A stretch of 59,743 nucleotides of DNA, counting the filler, from Nitrospinae bacterium RIFCSPLOWO2_12_FULL_45_22 (lineage in GTDB: Bacteria; 2-12-FULL-45-22), in assembly GCA_001803565.1 (NCBI GenBank). It is 3 parts of 3 records of this genome, joined end to end, with 100 filler letters (N's around TTAATTAATTAA, not from the genome) between each part and the next. Parts side by side here need not be neighbours in the genome. Positions count along the whole stretch, not along the records: positions 1 to 23,453 come from MHDQ01000134.1; 2 more parts are not named here. One strand, given 5' to 3'. Under the pieces are notes generated by a model. That model saw only the letters and a program-made list of their open reading frames with translations, ran no database searches and had not been told where the DNA came from. The position numbers were made by a program, and so were the translations under genes. Shown here in pieces: positions 1 through 10,503 of this stretch. Numbering within the stretch: the stretch's first letter is position 1; the number at the start of each line of letters is the position of its first letter.

Positions 1-481
1 TTAGTGATAATAAAACTCCACCTAAGACAGATCGTACTTCTTCTTGTGAGGTGGCAAAAATAGTCTTATTAATCATATCCTTTATTACCTTTGTCTCTAA
101 TTCTAAAGATATGGTTGGTTTTTTTTCACTGAATTTAGGAAACTCTTCATCAGGTAAACCAGGAATCTTAAAAACACTTTTACCTAATTGTATTTTAGCC
201 CAGTTTTCTTCAGTACTTATATTGATAGAGGTACCGAAAGTTTCTCTTACTATTTCAAAAGACTTTCGAGTAGGAAGAACGATAGAGCCTGAATTGAGGA
301 CTTTTGCGGGATAAAAACCTTTGTATTCTATTTCTAAATCCGTAGCTGATATTTCTATTCCCTCTTCTTTTGTACTCAATAAAAAATTGTTTAATATGGG
401 AAGGGTTGTACGTTTTTCAACAATAGTTTGAATATTTTTTAGTCCCTCAAACAGATCCCCCCGTAAAATATTTATTTCCAT
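1..481 (-). CDS. dnaN: DNA polymerase III beta sliding clamp (5' part; runs off window start)
   Basis: Manual translation of the minus strand from ATG at 481: MEINILRGDLFEGLKNIQTIVEKRTTLPILNNFLL...ISATDLEI, a typical DnaN N-terminus; lies directly downstream of dnaA; absent from ORF track. Confidence 0.95.
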   Translation of the reverse strand, partial: MEINILRGDLFEGLKNIQTIVEKRTTLPILNNFLLSTKEEGIEISATDLEIEYKGFYPAKVLNSGSIVLPTRKSFEIVRETFGTSINISTEENWAKIQLGKSVFKIPGLPDEEFPKFSEKKPTISLELETKVIKDMINKTIFATSQEEVRSVLGGVLLSL

Positions 482-494
482 AACTTATGTCCTC

Positions 495-690
495 ATACTA
501 TTTATAAATATATAGAAGTTTAATTACTATAGTAATAGTAAGACATGTTAATTTCTTTAATTTAAGCAATTTAGTACAAAAAATCAATAGGTTAAGTTGT
601 TAAAAAAATTTACCTCCTACTAACAGAATCTTACAAAGAAAAAGAAATCCACAACTTACTAACATGATATTTATAAGAAATTAACCTGAA
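495..690. other. Putative oriC unwinding region in the dnaA-dnaN spacer
   Basis: Very AT-rich; TAGTAATAGTAA trinucleotide run (530-541) resembling DnaA-trios beside an AT tract; degenerate boxes such as AAATCCACA and TTACTAACA. Confidence 0.7.
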
Positions 691-741
691 TTACACAAAT
701 CTGGTAATTCCCTAAGAGGTTTAATGGGGGCATAATTTAGG

Positions 742-2085
742 TTATCCTTTCACGGTTTTTGTTATAGTCTTGATGGCGGTATTGATCTCTCGGTCTTTAT
801 TCATTAAGGATTTTATCTTGTTGACGGAGTGAAGGACTGTGGTATGATCTTTCCCCCCAAATTGCCTCCCTATTTCAGGCAAAGAAAGTTTAGTCATTTC
901 CCGGCATAAGTACATAGCTATTTGCCTGGGCAAGGAAATGGTTTTATTTCTCTTGGAAGACCTTAGCTCTGCTACTGTTATACCGAAATATCGGCTGACA
1001 AGTTTCTGGATGTTTTCTATATTGGTAGCCCTGTCTTTTATATAAAAAATCTCCTTTAGTACTTCCTGGGCTAACTCCATAGATAATTTTGTATTGGTAA
1101 GGGAAGCATAGGCACTGAGTCGAACTAAGGCCCCTTCCAATTCTCTGACATTGGATTTAATATTTGTTGCTATATAAAGGGCTATTTCTTCAGGAAGATA
1201 TATCTTCTTTTCTTCTGCTTTTTTGTTTAAAATAGCTACTTTTGTTTCTAAATCAGGGGGTTGAATATCAGCAATAAGCCCCCATTCAAACCTGGACTGT
1301 AAGCGTTCTTCCAGAGTAGGTATCTCTTTAGGAGTCCTATCACAGGAAAATACAATCTGCTTATTTGATTCATATAAGGTATTAAAAGTATGGAAAAATT
1401 CTTCTTGAGTCCGCTCTTTTCCACCAATAAACTGGATATCATCTATTAAAAGGACATCAATATTTCGATATTTATTTCGGAAATTGGTCATTTGGTCATG
1501 TTGTAAAGAAGAGATTAGCTCATTAACAAACTTCTCTGAGGGAAGATAGCTTAGCCTCAAATTTTTCTTTTTTTCGGTAATGGTAATATAGTTAACTATT
1601 GCATGTAGTAGATGTGTTTTTCCTAAACCTACTCCACCATAAATAAACAGAGGATTATAGGCATTGGCAGGGGACTGAGCTACTGCCAGACTGGCAGCAT
1701 GGGCAAATTGATTACAAGAGCCGACAACAAAGCTTTGAAAGGTATTTTTAGGATCCAGAAAGGAATTATGAGTAGAGTGTTTCTCGGGAGAAGGGTAAGG
1801 GTCCGGTGACGGCTTTTTCTTTTCTTTGTCCGGGATAATAAGGTTCACCTGGGCCTTTTGCCCAAAAGTCTTTTCTATGGTCTTTTTGATTAGTTCTCCA
1901 TAGTGCTCTTCTAGCCAGTCCTTAAAAAATTTATTTGGTACTGATATTAGAACCTTTCCTGATTGTATACCAATTAAGGATAGAGAAGAAAACCAGGTAT
2001 CAAAGATCTTTGGGCTTACCCATTCCTTTATATGGAGGAGGAATGATTCCCAGGAAAGTTCTACGGACTTTTCTACTGGAGACAT
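742..2085 (-). CDS. dnaA: Chromosomal replication initiator DnaA
   Basis: YNPLFIYGGVGLGKTHLL Walker A, LLIDDIQF Walker B, C-terminal GGKDHTTVLH DNA-binding motif. Confidence 0.99.
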   Translation of the reverse strand: MSPVEKSVELSWESFLLHIKEWVSPKIFDTWFSSLSLIGIQSGKVLISVPNKFFKDWLEEHYGELIKKTIEKTFGQKAQVNLIIPDKEKKKPSPDPYPSPEKHSTHNSFLDPKNTFQSFVVGSCNQFAHAASLAVAQSPANAYNPLFIYGGVGLGKTHLLHAIVNYITITEKKKNLRLSYLPSEKFVNELISSLQHDQMTNFRNKYRNIDVLLIDDIQFIGGKERTQEEFFHTFNTLYESNKQIVFSCDRTPKEIPTLEERLQSRFEWGLIADIQPPDLETKVAILNKKAEEKKIYLPEEIALYIATNIKSNVRELEGALVRLSAYASLTNTKLSMELAQEVLKEIFYIKDRATNIENIQKLVSRYFGITVAELRSSKRNKTISLPRQIAMYLCREMTKLSLPEIGRQFGGKDHTTVLHSVNKIKSLMNKDREINTAIKTITKTVKG

Positions 2086-2140
2086 ATGGGTTTATTTGTA
2101 AAGATTTATAAGTCAGGAAAAGATGGCGCTGTAACCGCAA

Positions 2141-2172
2141 ATATCCACAAGTTATTCACAGCTTGTGGAAAA
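2141..2172. promoter_or_regulatory. Three DnaA boxes upstream of dnaA
   Basis: ATATCCACA (2141-2149), TTATTCACA (2152-2160), TGTGGAAAA (2164-2172), each one mismatch from TTATCCACA. Confidence 0.8.
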
Positions 2173-2310
2173 CTTGCCTTTTTAAAATTAACACCTCTAA
2201 TAGTTCACGATGTTGCTTCGCGGGTGGAAGGATTAAATGAAATGAGTTTATTTTATCAAAGGAAAATCAATTAGGCAATAAAAATTTTTGCCGGGTTGGA
2301 AAAAGCAGAG

Positions 2311-2339
2311 TTGACAAGATAAATTATAATGGCTAAGTT
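2311..2339 (+). promoter_or_regulatory. Putative sigma70 promoter of rpmH operon
   Basis: TTGACA-17 nt-TAAGTT, 30 nt before rpmH start. Confidence 0.5.
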
Positions 2340-2369
2340 TATTTAGTCCACAATAAGGAGGGAAATGAA

Positions 2370-2504
2370 ATGAAAAGACCTTATCAGCCAAGTGTTATAA
2401 AGCGGAAGAGAACACATGGGTTTTTAGTAAGAATGAGTTCCAGAGGAGGCAGAGATGTCCTTCGAAGAAGAAGAAGGGAAGGAAGGAAACGGTTAGCAGT
2501 TTGA
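2370..2504 (+). CDS. rpmH: 50S ribosomal protein L34
   Basis: Manual translation [54 protein letters not shown]; divergent from dnaA. Confidence 0.97.
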   Translation: MKRPYQPSVIKRKRTHGFLVRMSSRGGRDVLRRRRREGRKRLAV

Positions 2505-2555
2505 GGTTATGCTACGGGGAGGCTTCAAAAGGAGAAAGACAGGGAGACCCGGAGA

Positions 2556-2903
2556 TTGAAGCAGAGTAGAATGTTAAAGACTTGGGCTGAATATACCCGG
2601 ATATTATCTCACGGGGGAAGGGTAGAAGATAGAGATTTCACTCTGTTCTTTTATAGAAAAAGTGGAAAATGGCCTCGGCTTGGTATTTTAGTCTCTAAGC
2701 GACTTGGAAAAGCCGTTAAACGAAACCGGTGTAGACGGTTATTAAAAGAGAGCTATAGATTGAATCAGGAACTATTTGGTTCAGCTATTGATATTATAAT
2801 AAAGGCCAAAAGGGATATTAGCCAGTTAGCTTTTAAAGAGATAGAAGCGAACTTAATAAAGTTAGGAAAGGCTATTATTGAAGATACTCCAGGGAGAATT
2901 TAG
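2556..2903 (+). CDS. rnpA: Ribonuclease P protein component
   Basis: RLGILVSKRLGKAVKRNRCRR RNR motif; synteny. Confidence 0.95.
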   Translation: MKQSRMLKTWAEYTRILSHGGRVEDRDFTLFFYRKSGKWPRLGILVSKRLGKAVKRNRCRRLLKESYRLNQELFGSAIDIIIKAKRDISQLAFKEIEANLIKLGKAIIEDTPGRI

Positions 2904-2905
2904 GA

Positions 2906-3127
2906 TTGGGTAATATAGTAAGAGACAAAATAATAGCTATGATCCAGACTTACCAAAAACTGGTTGCCCCCTTTATCCCTCCCTGCTGTCGGTTTTATCC
3001 CAGTTGCTCCAATTATGCTGTCCAGTCGCTGGAGAAATACGGGGTGTTTAAAGGGTCATTATTAAGCCTGAAAAGGCTTCTTAAATGCAATCCTTTTCAT
3101 CCTGGGGGGCTGGATCCAGTTGAGTAA
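2906..3127 (+). CDS. yidD: Membrane protein insertion efficiency factor YidD
   Basis: CRFYPSCSNYA...KCNPFHPGGLDP. Confidence 0.95.
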   Translation: MGNIVRDKIIAMIQTYQKLVAPFIPPCCRFYPSCSNYAVQSLEKYGVFKGSLLSLKRLLKCNPFHPGGLDPVE

Positions 3128-3286
3128 TAATCCGCCCTCTGTCCGCTATCATAAGTCTTCAAGATAAGAAATCTCTTCATAAAAGGGAACCCCTCATAGC
3201 TCAGGTTACAAAGGCGCTTGAAAATAAATATTTGCTCTATGGTACACTATGCTATAATTTAAGAAATTAAGGGAGACAAAGAAAGT

Positions 3287-4876
3287 ATGGAAAAACGTTT
3301 ACTTTTGGCTACTTTTCTTTCTATTGCGATCTTGGTACTCTTTCAGTATTTATATGGTACTAAAAGACCGATAAAATATCATGATGAACCGGAAAAAGTT
3401 TCAGTCAAACCGCAACGATTAGTAGAGGAGAAAACCATTAGCAAGAAAGAAATAGATAAAAAGGAGACAGACAAAAACATAAGAGAACTTACCTTTGAGA
3501 CTAAATTAATTAGGGTAGTATTGACAAATCCTGGAGGTCGTCTTAAAGCCGTATATTTAAAAAAGTATACGGATGAGAAGAATCAACCAGTAAATCTGAT
3601 AAGGGCAGGCGGTTTAGTAGATTCTTATCCAGTCACCTTTCGTTTTGCGGATACTAATATTACCGATAGAGCTAATAATGCCTTATATGAAGTCTCCTAC
3701 CAGACATTAGCCACTACCAAATACCAGCCGGAAGGGGTTATAACTTTCAAATATACCGATCCCGAGGGAACTAAGTACAGCAAGTCTTATATATTTAACC
3801 ATGATAATTACCTCATAAAAGTTAGACTCTCTATTGAAAATCTATCTGAAAAGCAAAGGAAAAAGACTTATCAGGTCCTTTGGGGGGCAGGATTAGGGGA
3901 AGTGGAGGTTAATAAATCAAGCTACACCCATCAAGGCCCGGTAGTTTACCTGGATAAAAAACTAATAAGGGATCAGATGGAAAACGTTTCCACTCCTATC
4001 AGGCATTATGGGCAGATATCCTGGGTTGCTTTAGAAAGTAAATATTTCGTTATCGCCCTGATTTCACCCGAGAACCTCTCTACGGCAGTTATTGATAAGT
4101 CTAGGGGCCAGGGGCTAGAGGTAGGCTTAGAATATCCGATAGAAGACTCTAGGATTGAGAAGGAATTTAGAATATATGCGGGCCCCAAAGAGACCCAGAG
4201 TTTAAACCATGCCCACTCCGACCTAGAAAAAATAATAGATTTTGGCTGGTTTAGTTTCCTGGCTATACCATTATTGCAACTTCTCAATTACACCTATCGG
4301 TTTACTCATAATTATGGGTTTTCTATTATCCTCTTGACGATCTTGATAAAGATTGTCTTTTATCCCCTCTCGCACAAGAGTTATAAGTCTATGCAGAAGA
4401 TGCAGGAGTTACAGCCTAAGATAAAGTTGATTCAGGAAAGATACAAGAAAGACCGGGAGAAACTTAATCAGGAGATGATGGCCTTGTATAAACAGCACAA
4501 GGCAAACCCTTTAGGGGGCTGTTTACCAATGCTTTTACAAATACCGGTATTCTTTGCTTTGTACCGCGTACTTCTAGATGCTATTGAATTAAGGCAAGCC
4601 CCTTTTATTTGGTGGATAAAGGATCTGTCCGAGAAAGACCCTTATTATTTCTGGCCAATATTTATGGGGCTGACAATGTTTATCCAGCAGAAGATGACCC
4701 CCCCTATGGGCGATCCTCGGCAAAATCGGATGATGCTGATGATGCCCGTAATATTTACCATAATGTTTTTGAACTTCCCGGTTGGCCTGGTAATATATTG
4801 GTTGGTAAATAACTTATTGTCCATAATGCAACAATATTACATTACCAAGAAGGTTAGTAAGCCGAGACCGGCTTAA
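3287..4876 (+). CDS. yidC: Membrane protein insertase YidC
   Basis: N-terminal TM, periplasmic domain, NPLGGCLPMLLQIPVF, C-terminal TM helices. Confidence 0.97.
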   Translation: MEKRLLLATFLSIAILVLFQYLYGTKRPIKYHDEPEKVSVKPQRLVEEKTISKKEIDKKETDKNIRELTFETKLIRVVLTNPGGRLKAVYLKKYTDEKNQPVNLIRAGGLVDSYPVTFRFADTNITDRANNALYEVSYQTLATTKYQPEGVITFKYTDPEGTKYSKSYIFNHDNYLIKVRLSIENLSEKQRKKTYQVLWGAGLGEVEVNKSSYTHQGPVVYLDKKLIRDQMENVSTPIRHYGQISWVALESKYFVIALISPENLSTAVIDKSRGQGLEVGLEYPIEDSRIEKEFRIYAGPKETQSLNHAHSDLEKIIDFGWFSFLAIPLLQLLNYTYRFTHNYGFSIILLTILIKIVFYPLSHKSYKSMQKMQELQPKIKLIQERYKKDREKLNQEMMALYKQHKANPLGGCLPMLLQIPVFFALYRVLLDAIELRQAPFIWWIKDLSEKDPYYFWPIFMGLTMFIQQKMTPPMGDPRQNRMMLMMPVIFTIMFLNFPVGLVIYWLVNNLLSIMQQYYITKKVSKPRPA

Positions 4877-4979
4877 ACAAGATTGAAACACCCATGTCTG
4901 GTCCCCCACCCAGTGGCATTGGGCGTTTATAATTTAATCCAAAAATTCAAGGAACATTAATAGACGTCAGGAGGGGATA

Positions 4980-5657
4980 ATGGAGTGGATAATTGAGAGA
5001 GGTAGGACCAAGGAACAAGCCCTGGAGAAAGCCCTGAAAAAACTCGGTGCTAGGCCCGAGGAGGTAAAAGTGGAATTATTGGAAAAAAACAAGGGATTTC
5101 TCTCTTTCCTGGGTGACCGCTCGGTAAAGGTAAAGGTCAGTTATATAAACCAGGAAAACGATATAGAAGAAACAGAGGAAATGTCGAATGAACTAAAGGA
5201 GGCAAAGCAGGTATTGCTCGCTATCGTGGAGAAGATGGGTATCCCGTGCACCGTTGATGGGGAAAACGGGCCAGAGGGTTTATACCTGACTATAAGGAGC
5301 GACAAAGGTGGATTAATTATTGGGAAGAGGGGAGAAACGCTAGATGCTTTGCAGTATATAGTTACCAAGATAATCCAGAAAAGGGCCAAAAGAAAGATGA
5401 CTATATTGGTAGATACCGAGGACTATAGAAAGAGGGGGGAAGAAAAATTAACGGATTTGGCTAGGACTATGGCCGCCAGGGTTAAGCAGACCGGCCAGTC
5501 GGTCACACTAAGAAATTTGACTACTAGGGAGCGAAAGCTAATTCACACCCTCTTTAAAGAAGAACCGGAGATAGAAACCATCAGCCAAGGAGATGGAATA
5601 ACGAAAACCCTGGTCATTACCTTAAGAGGTAAATCCAAGAACGAATGGATAAACTAA
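4980..5657 (+). CDS. jag: RNA-binding protein Jag/EloR (KhpB)
   Basis: Jag N-domain, KH motif LIIGKRGETLDALQY, R3H-like ERKLIH; synteny after yidC. Confidence 0.92.
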   Translation: MEWIIERGRTKEQALEKALKKLGARPEEVKVELLEKNKGFLSFLGDRSVKVKVSYINQENDIEETEEMSNELKEAKQVLLAIVEKMGIPCTVDGENGPEGLYLTIRSDKGGLIIGKRGETLDALQYIVTKIIQKRAKRKMTILVDTEDYRKRGEEKLTDLARTMAARVKQTGQSVTLRNLTTRERKLIHTLFKEEPEIETISQGDGITKTLVITLRGKSKNEWIN

Positions 5658-7036
5658 GCGATACTATAGCTGCTATAGCTACCCCTTACGGGGAAGGGAG
5701 CATAGCTATAATCCGCATTAGTGGGGAAGAGACTATTAACATAGTCAGTCAGTTCTTTCTCAGGCCCAAAGGGAATAAACTAAAGGAGATAGAATCTCAC
5801 AGGTTATATTATGGTTATATTATTGATCCCATTAGTAGGAAAAAGATAGATGAAGTAATGCTTGCCCTCATGAAGGAACCTAACAGTTATACCCGGGAGG
5901 ATGTGGCTGAAATATCCTGCCATGGCGGTATGGCAATATCAAGGACGATCCTGCAATTGGTTTTGAGCTGTGGGGCCCGGTTAGCCGAACCGGGAGAGTT
6001 TACCCGGCGGGCCTTTCTTAATGGGAGAATAGACCTGGTGCAGGCCGAAGGGGTAAACGAGACCATTAAGGCAAAGAGTGAAGCTGATCTAGGGATAGCT
6101 CTGGGTCAGGTTGAAGGACGGCTCTCCAGGGAGATTAAAGAGATTAGGGAGGTATTAGGAGGGTTACTGGCACATATCGAGGCATCGCTGGATTTTGCTG
6201 AGGAAGGGATCGATCTGCCCCCCACGGTTAATATCTTAGCGGATATAGAAGAGGCTTTATCCAGGATAATAACCCTTATCGAGAGTTATGATAGAAGTAA
6301 AACTATCCGCGAGGGGATAAATCTGGTTATTGTGGGAAGGCCTAATGTAGGGAAATCGAGCCTGATGAACTGCCTGTTAAGGGAAGATAGGGCCATTGTT
6401 ACCCCTATTCCAGGTACTACGCGAGATGTCCTGGCCGAAGAAATCGAGTTGGGTGGCGTACCGCTTAGACTTAAGGATACAGCAGGGATATTAGAAGATT
6501 GCCGGGACTTAATAGAGGCCGAGGGAATTCGACGGACGAAAGAAGCGCTGGAAAAAGGAGACATTATCCTATTAGTACTGGATGGTTCGCAACCAATGGA
6601 TACCCGGGATGAGCAGGTCATATCTCTGGTTAGTAATAAAGAAACCCTGGCAATAATTAATAAGATTGATCTCCCTCAGAAAGTGAGGGAGGAAGATTTA
6701 ATACCATCCTTTAAGTTAGAAAGGATTATCCCGGTTTCGGCAAAAGAAGGTTATGGTATTGAAGAGCTCAAACAAAAGATCGCGCAACTAATTCAAGCCT
6801 TGCGAATAACCCCATGGGAAGGCGCGGTATTGACTAAACTAAGACAGAGAGAGGCATTAGTTAAGGCCCGAGATAGGTTGCTGGGGGCCAAGAGGAATAT
6901 AGAATCCAGACTACCAGAAGAGATATGGTCTATAGACCTGAAGGAGGCCATAGATTCCTTGGCTGAACTGCTTGGCGAAACTTATGATGAAGAAGTTCTG
7001 GATAGAATATTTTCCACTTTCTGTATCGGTAAATGA
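5645..7036 (+). CDS. mnmE: tRNA modification GTPase MnmE
   Basis: [17 protein letters not shown], terminal FCIGK. Confidence 0.98.
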   Translation: MDKLSDTIAAIATPYGEGSIAIIRISGEETINIVSQFFLRPKGNKLKEIESHRLYYGYIIDPISRKKIDEVMLALMKEPNSYTREDVAEISCHGGMAISRTILQLVLSCGARLAEPGEFTRRAFLNGRIDLVQAEGVNETIKAKSEADLGIALGQVEGRLSREIKEIREVLGGLLAHIEASLDFAEEGIDLPPTVNILADIEEALSRIITLIESYDRSKTIREGINLVIVGRPNVGKSSLMNCLLREDRAIVTPIPGTTRDVLAEEIELGGVPLRLKDTAGILEDCRDLIEAEGIRRTKEALEKGDIILLVLDGSQPMDTRDEQVISLVSNKETLAIINKIDLPQKVREEDLIPSFKLERIIPVSAKEGYGIEELKQKIAQLIQALRITPWEGAVLTKLRQREALVKARDRLLGAKRNIESRLPEEIWSIDLKEAIDSLAELLGETYDEEVLDRIFSTFCIGK

Positions 7037-8916
7037 TGGGTAGGAAGTATGATGTAGTAATAATCGGCGGGGGCCATGCCGGTTGTGAGGCGGCCCTGGC
7101 GGCGGCGCGGATGGGGTGCCAGACCCTACTGATTACCATAAGCCTGGATACTATTGCTCAGATGTCCTGCAATCCTGCCATTGGTGGCCTGTCTAAAGGG
7201 AATCTGGTACGGGAAATAGATGCCCTGGGAGGTCAGATGGCTAAGGTAATTGATAAAACCGGTATCCAGTTCCGGATGCTTAATCTGAGTAAAGGACCAG
7301 CCGTGAGGGCTATCCGTGCTCAAGCAGACAAACAAAAATACCGGCTATATATGCAGTGGGTTTTACAGGAACAAAGAAGGCTGGATATACTCCAGGGGTC
7401 CGTCAGCCGGGTGGTAATAGGAGATGAAGGGGTTATGGGCCTGGAGACCGATGGCGGTATCCAGATAGAGACGCGGACTATAGTAGTTGCTCCAGGGACT
7501 TTCCTGAACGGACTGCTACATTTCGGCCTGAACCACTATCCCGGGGGCCGGGCAGGCGAATCCTCCGCGGTAGCCTTGCCAGAGAGCTTGAAGGAAGCAG
7601 GACTCCAGATGGGGCGGCTGAAAACGGGGACCTCTCCCCGTCTCGATGGAAAGGCCATAGATTACTTTCGATTAGAGATCCAACCGGGTGACCAGCCGCC
7701 TCCACCTTTCTCTTTTTCCACTACCGACATAGCTCAAGAGCAAATCCCCTGTCATTTGACCTATACCAATAAGAAAACCCATGAGATAATCCGTAAAAAC
7801 CTGGATCGGTCACCTTTGTATCGAGGGGTGATCCAGGGGATAGGACCCCGGTATTGCCCATCCATTGAAGACAAGGTAGTAAGGTTCCCAGAAAAGGAAA
7901 GACATCAAATCTTCCTGGAACCAGAAGGGTTGCAAACCCGGGAGGTATACGCTAATGGTATATCTACCAGTCTCCCATACGATGTTCAGGTAGAAATCGT
8001 CAGGAGCATCAAGGGATTAGAAGACGCCAATATCCTCCGGCCCGGTTATGCCGTGGAGTATGACTATGTTTTCCCTACCCAGCTTAGGCCCACATTAGAA
8101 ACCAAGCAAATTAGCGGGTTATTTCTAGCCGGCCAGATAAACGGCACCTCCGGCTATGAAGAGGCCGCTGCCCAGGGATTGATAGCCGGGATAAATGCCG
8201 CCCTAAAAGTCCAGGGACGAGAACCAGTGATTCTAGCTCGGTCAGAGGCTTATATTGGGGTATTGATTGACGACTTAGTTACTAAAGGCACCCAGGAACC
8301 CTATCGTATGTTTACCTCCAGGGCAGAATATAGACTCCATCTAAGGCAAGATAATGCCGACCTCAGGCTTAGGGATAAGGGGTATCAGATAGGACTGGTA
8401 GGGGAGCATGAGTATCAGGTGTTTCTCCAACAGAGAGAAGAGTTTGAAAGAGAGCGGAAAAAGCTGGGCGACGAAAGGCTCAAACCTTCTCCAACGATCA
8501 ATAAAAAGCTCCAGGAGCTGGGAACATCTCCTCTGGATAAGAATCCTTCTCTTTTAGAACTCCTTAAGCGGCCCGAGATACGGTATAATGATCTAGTGGA
8601 ATTAAGCGGTGCTAGCCCAGGGGTTAGCAGGCGGGTAGCCGAGCAGATAGAAATCCAAATAAAATACGATGGCTATATCCAAAGACAGATGGAGCAGATA
8701 AAGAAATTTCAACATATGGAACAAAGGAGGGTCCCGGAAGATATAGACTACGATGCTATGCCAGCCCTATCTTCCGAGGTAAAGGAGAAACTAAAAAAGG
8801 TTCGACCCATATCATTAGGCCAGGCTTCCCGTATCCCGGGAGTTACCCCCGCCGCCATTACTGCTTTGATGAGCTATCTCGAGCACCGAAAAAGGGTAGG
8901 GAAGGGGACTTCCTGA
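7033..8916 (+). CDS. mnmG: tRNA uridine modification enzyme MnmG (GidA)
   Basis: [47 protein letters not shown]. Confidence 0.99.
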   Translation: MMGRKYDVVIIGGGHAGCEAALAAARMGCQTLLITISLDTIAQMSCNPAIGGLSKGNLVREIDALGGQMAKVIDKTGIQFRMLNLSKGPAVRAIRAQADKQKYRLYMQWVLQEQRRLDILQGSVSRVVIGDEGVMGLETDGGIQIETRTIVVAPGTFLNGLLHFGLNHYPGGRAGESSAVALPESLKEAGLQMGRLKTGTSPRLDGKAIDYFRLEIQPGDQPPPPFSFSTTDIAQEQIPCHLTYTNKKTHEIIRKNLDRSPLYRGVIQGIGPRYCPSIEDKVVRFPEKERHQIFLEPEGLQTREVYANGISTSLPYDVQVEIVRSIKGLEDANILRPGYAVEYDYVFPTQLRPTLETKQISGLFLAGQINGTSGYEEAAAQGLIAGINAALKVQGREPVILARSEAYIGVLIDDLVTKGTQEPYRMFTSRAEYRLHLRQDNADLRLRDKGYQIGLVGEHEYQVFLQQREEFERERKKLGDERLKPSPTINKKLQELGTSPLDKNPSLLELLKRPEIRYNDLVELSGASPGVSRRVAEQIEIQIKYDGYIQRQMEQIKKFQHMEQRRVPEDIDYDAMPALSSEVKEKLKKVRPISLGQASRIPGVTPAAITALMSYLEHRKRVGKGTS

Positions 8917-8920
8917 GATT

Positions 8921-9056
8921 TTAGCCCTGGATGAAGACGGAGCAATTTACTCCTCGCCGCTCCCTTCTCTTGCTGAACGTCTACCGGGGAAAGGATTTTT
9001 CCTTGCTGTGTCCATCCGGGGTTGCGGGGTCTAAATCTTTTTAGCTAAACCGTTAC
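8921..9056. repeat. Decayed palindromic intergenic element
   Basis: TTAGCCCTGGATGAAGAC...GTGTCCATCCGGGGTT inverted pair, then a lone GCTAAACCGTTAC end like the right TIR of the 23657 element. Confidence 0.45.
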
Positions 9057-9069
9057 GGAGGTTAAAAGT

Positions 9070-9723
9070 TTGACAGGAAAAGAGGAGACCTGGCGATTAT
9101 TTGATACCTTAGGTTTATCAGTTGACCAGGGATTAAGGGAGCGTTTTGAGAAATATATAGACGAACTGCTCCGGTGGAGCCAAAAGATAAACCTAACGGC
9201 CACTAAGAAGCCGGAAGAGATACTGAGCAACCATATCCTTTGTTCCTTGAGCTATCTAATGGCCTTTACCCCTAAGCCAGGGTTGCAGGCTATAGATATA
9301 GGTAGTGGGGCAGGCTTCCCAGGTATCCCCTTAAAGATTTATAATCCTGATCTCTCATTGACCCTCTTGGAACCCTCACAGAAGAAGCTAGCCTTCTTAA
9401 GACATATCGGGCGATTACTCCAGCTAAAGGATGTCACCTACCTGGCCATGCCTGTGGAAGGCATGGATCGAGAAAAAACCTTTGACCTGGCCTTTGCCCG
9501 GGGCTTTGGGCCGCTCAGCCGACTCGCAAGAAAAGCCGGGAGAGCCCTCCGCATGGGCGGTCTCCTCTTGGTCCGCAAAGAGAAGAATTATCTAGGAGAA
9601 ATAAAAGCGGCTGCTGCTATCCTGGCCTGGGAGGGACTCAAGCTGGACAAAGTAGTTGCTATCACCCAGGACAGACCAAGGATGGAATATTATATCTTGG
9701 CCTTCAAGAAATGTTCCACGTGA
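9070..9723 (+). CDS. rsmG: 16S rRNA m7G527 methyltransferase RsmG (GidB)
   Basis: INLTA, DIGSGAGFPGIPL; synteny. Confidence 0.95.
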   Translation: MTGKEETWRLFDTLGLSVDQGLRERFEKYIDELLRWSQKINLTATKKPEEILSNHILCSLSYLMAFTPKPGLQAIDIGSGAGFPGIPLKIYNPDLSLTLLEPSQKKLAFLRHIGRLLQLKDVTYLAMPVEGMDREKTFDLAFARGFGPLSRLARKAGRALRMGGLLLVRKEKNYLGEIKAAAAILAWEGLKLDKVVAITQDRPRMEYYILAFKKCST

Positions 9724-9727
9724 AACA
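9712..9727. promoter_or_regulatory. parS centromere-like site
   Basis: TGTTCCACGTGAAACA matches the parS consensus TGTTNCACGTGAAACA; overlaps the rsmG stop and first base of parA. Confidence 0.92.
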
Positions 9728-10503
9728 TGGGTAGGATTATTGCTATAACTAATCAGAAAGGGGGTACCGGGAAGACCACTACGGCCATTAACCTGACAGC
9801 CTGCCTGGCTGCGGGCAGGAAACAGACTTTATTGATAGACTTAGACCCGCAAGCCAATGCTACCAGCGGCATAGGGATTAACCCTAAGGAGTTAAGGCGT
9901 AGTGTCTATCACCTCCTGGTGGAGCAGACCCCTTGGGAGCAGATCTTGCGGCATACCTCCTTGAAGCACTTAGACCTTATCCCTTCTAATATAGAGCTAT
10001 CCGGTGCAGAGATCGAGCTGGTTTCTATGCCCCGGCGGGAAAAAAGGCTTAAGGAAGCCTTGATGCCACTCCAAGACCTATACGAATATATCATTATTGA
10101 CTCTCCACCCTCCCTAGGACTCCTTACTCTAAATGCCTTAGTAGCTGCCAGTGCTGTCCTTATACCCCTCCAGTGCGAATATTATGCCCTGGAAGGCCTG
10201 GGCCATCTGATGGCCACTATTCATTTAGTGAAAAAGAACCTCAACCCTGATATTGCCGTAGAAGGGATTGTGTTGACAATGCATGACCGAAGGACTACAC
10301 TGAGCACCCAGGTGATCCAGGAGGTCGTGAGCCATTTTAAGGACAAAGTGTTTAAGACAATTATTCCAAGGAATGTCCGGTTGAGCGAAGCCCCCAGCCA
10401 TGGCAAGCCCATAATCTTTTATGATATCCATTCCCCTGGGGCCCAGGCGTATATCAGTCTAGCTAAGGAACTTGTCCGCAATGCCAAAAAGAGGATTGGG
10501 TAA
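9727..10503 (+). CDS. parA: Chromosome partitioning ATPase ParA/Soj
   Basis: NQKGGTGKTT, DLDPQANAT, PLQCEYYALEG, IPRNVRLSEAPSHG. Confidence 0.97.
   Translation: MGRIIAITNQKGGTGKTTTAINLTACLAAGRKQTLLIDLDPQANATSGIGINPKELRRSVYHLLVEQTPWEQILRHTSLKHLDLIPSNIELSGAEIELVSMPRREKRLKEALMPLQDLYEYIIIDSPPSLGLLTLNALVAASAVLIPLQCEYYALEGLGHLMATIHLVKKNLNPDIAVEGIVLTMHDRRTTLSTQVIQEVVSHFKDKVFKTIIPRNVRLSEAPSHGKPIIFYDIHSPGAQAYISLAKELVRNAKKRIG

Noticed and set aside
51-314. 87-aa plus-strand ORF
   Set aside because: Antisense shadow of dnaN, which is clearly encoded on the minus strand
2086-2274. 62-aa ORF upstream of dnaA
   Set aside because: Overlaps the DnaA-box/promoter region; no recognisable protein features
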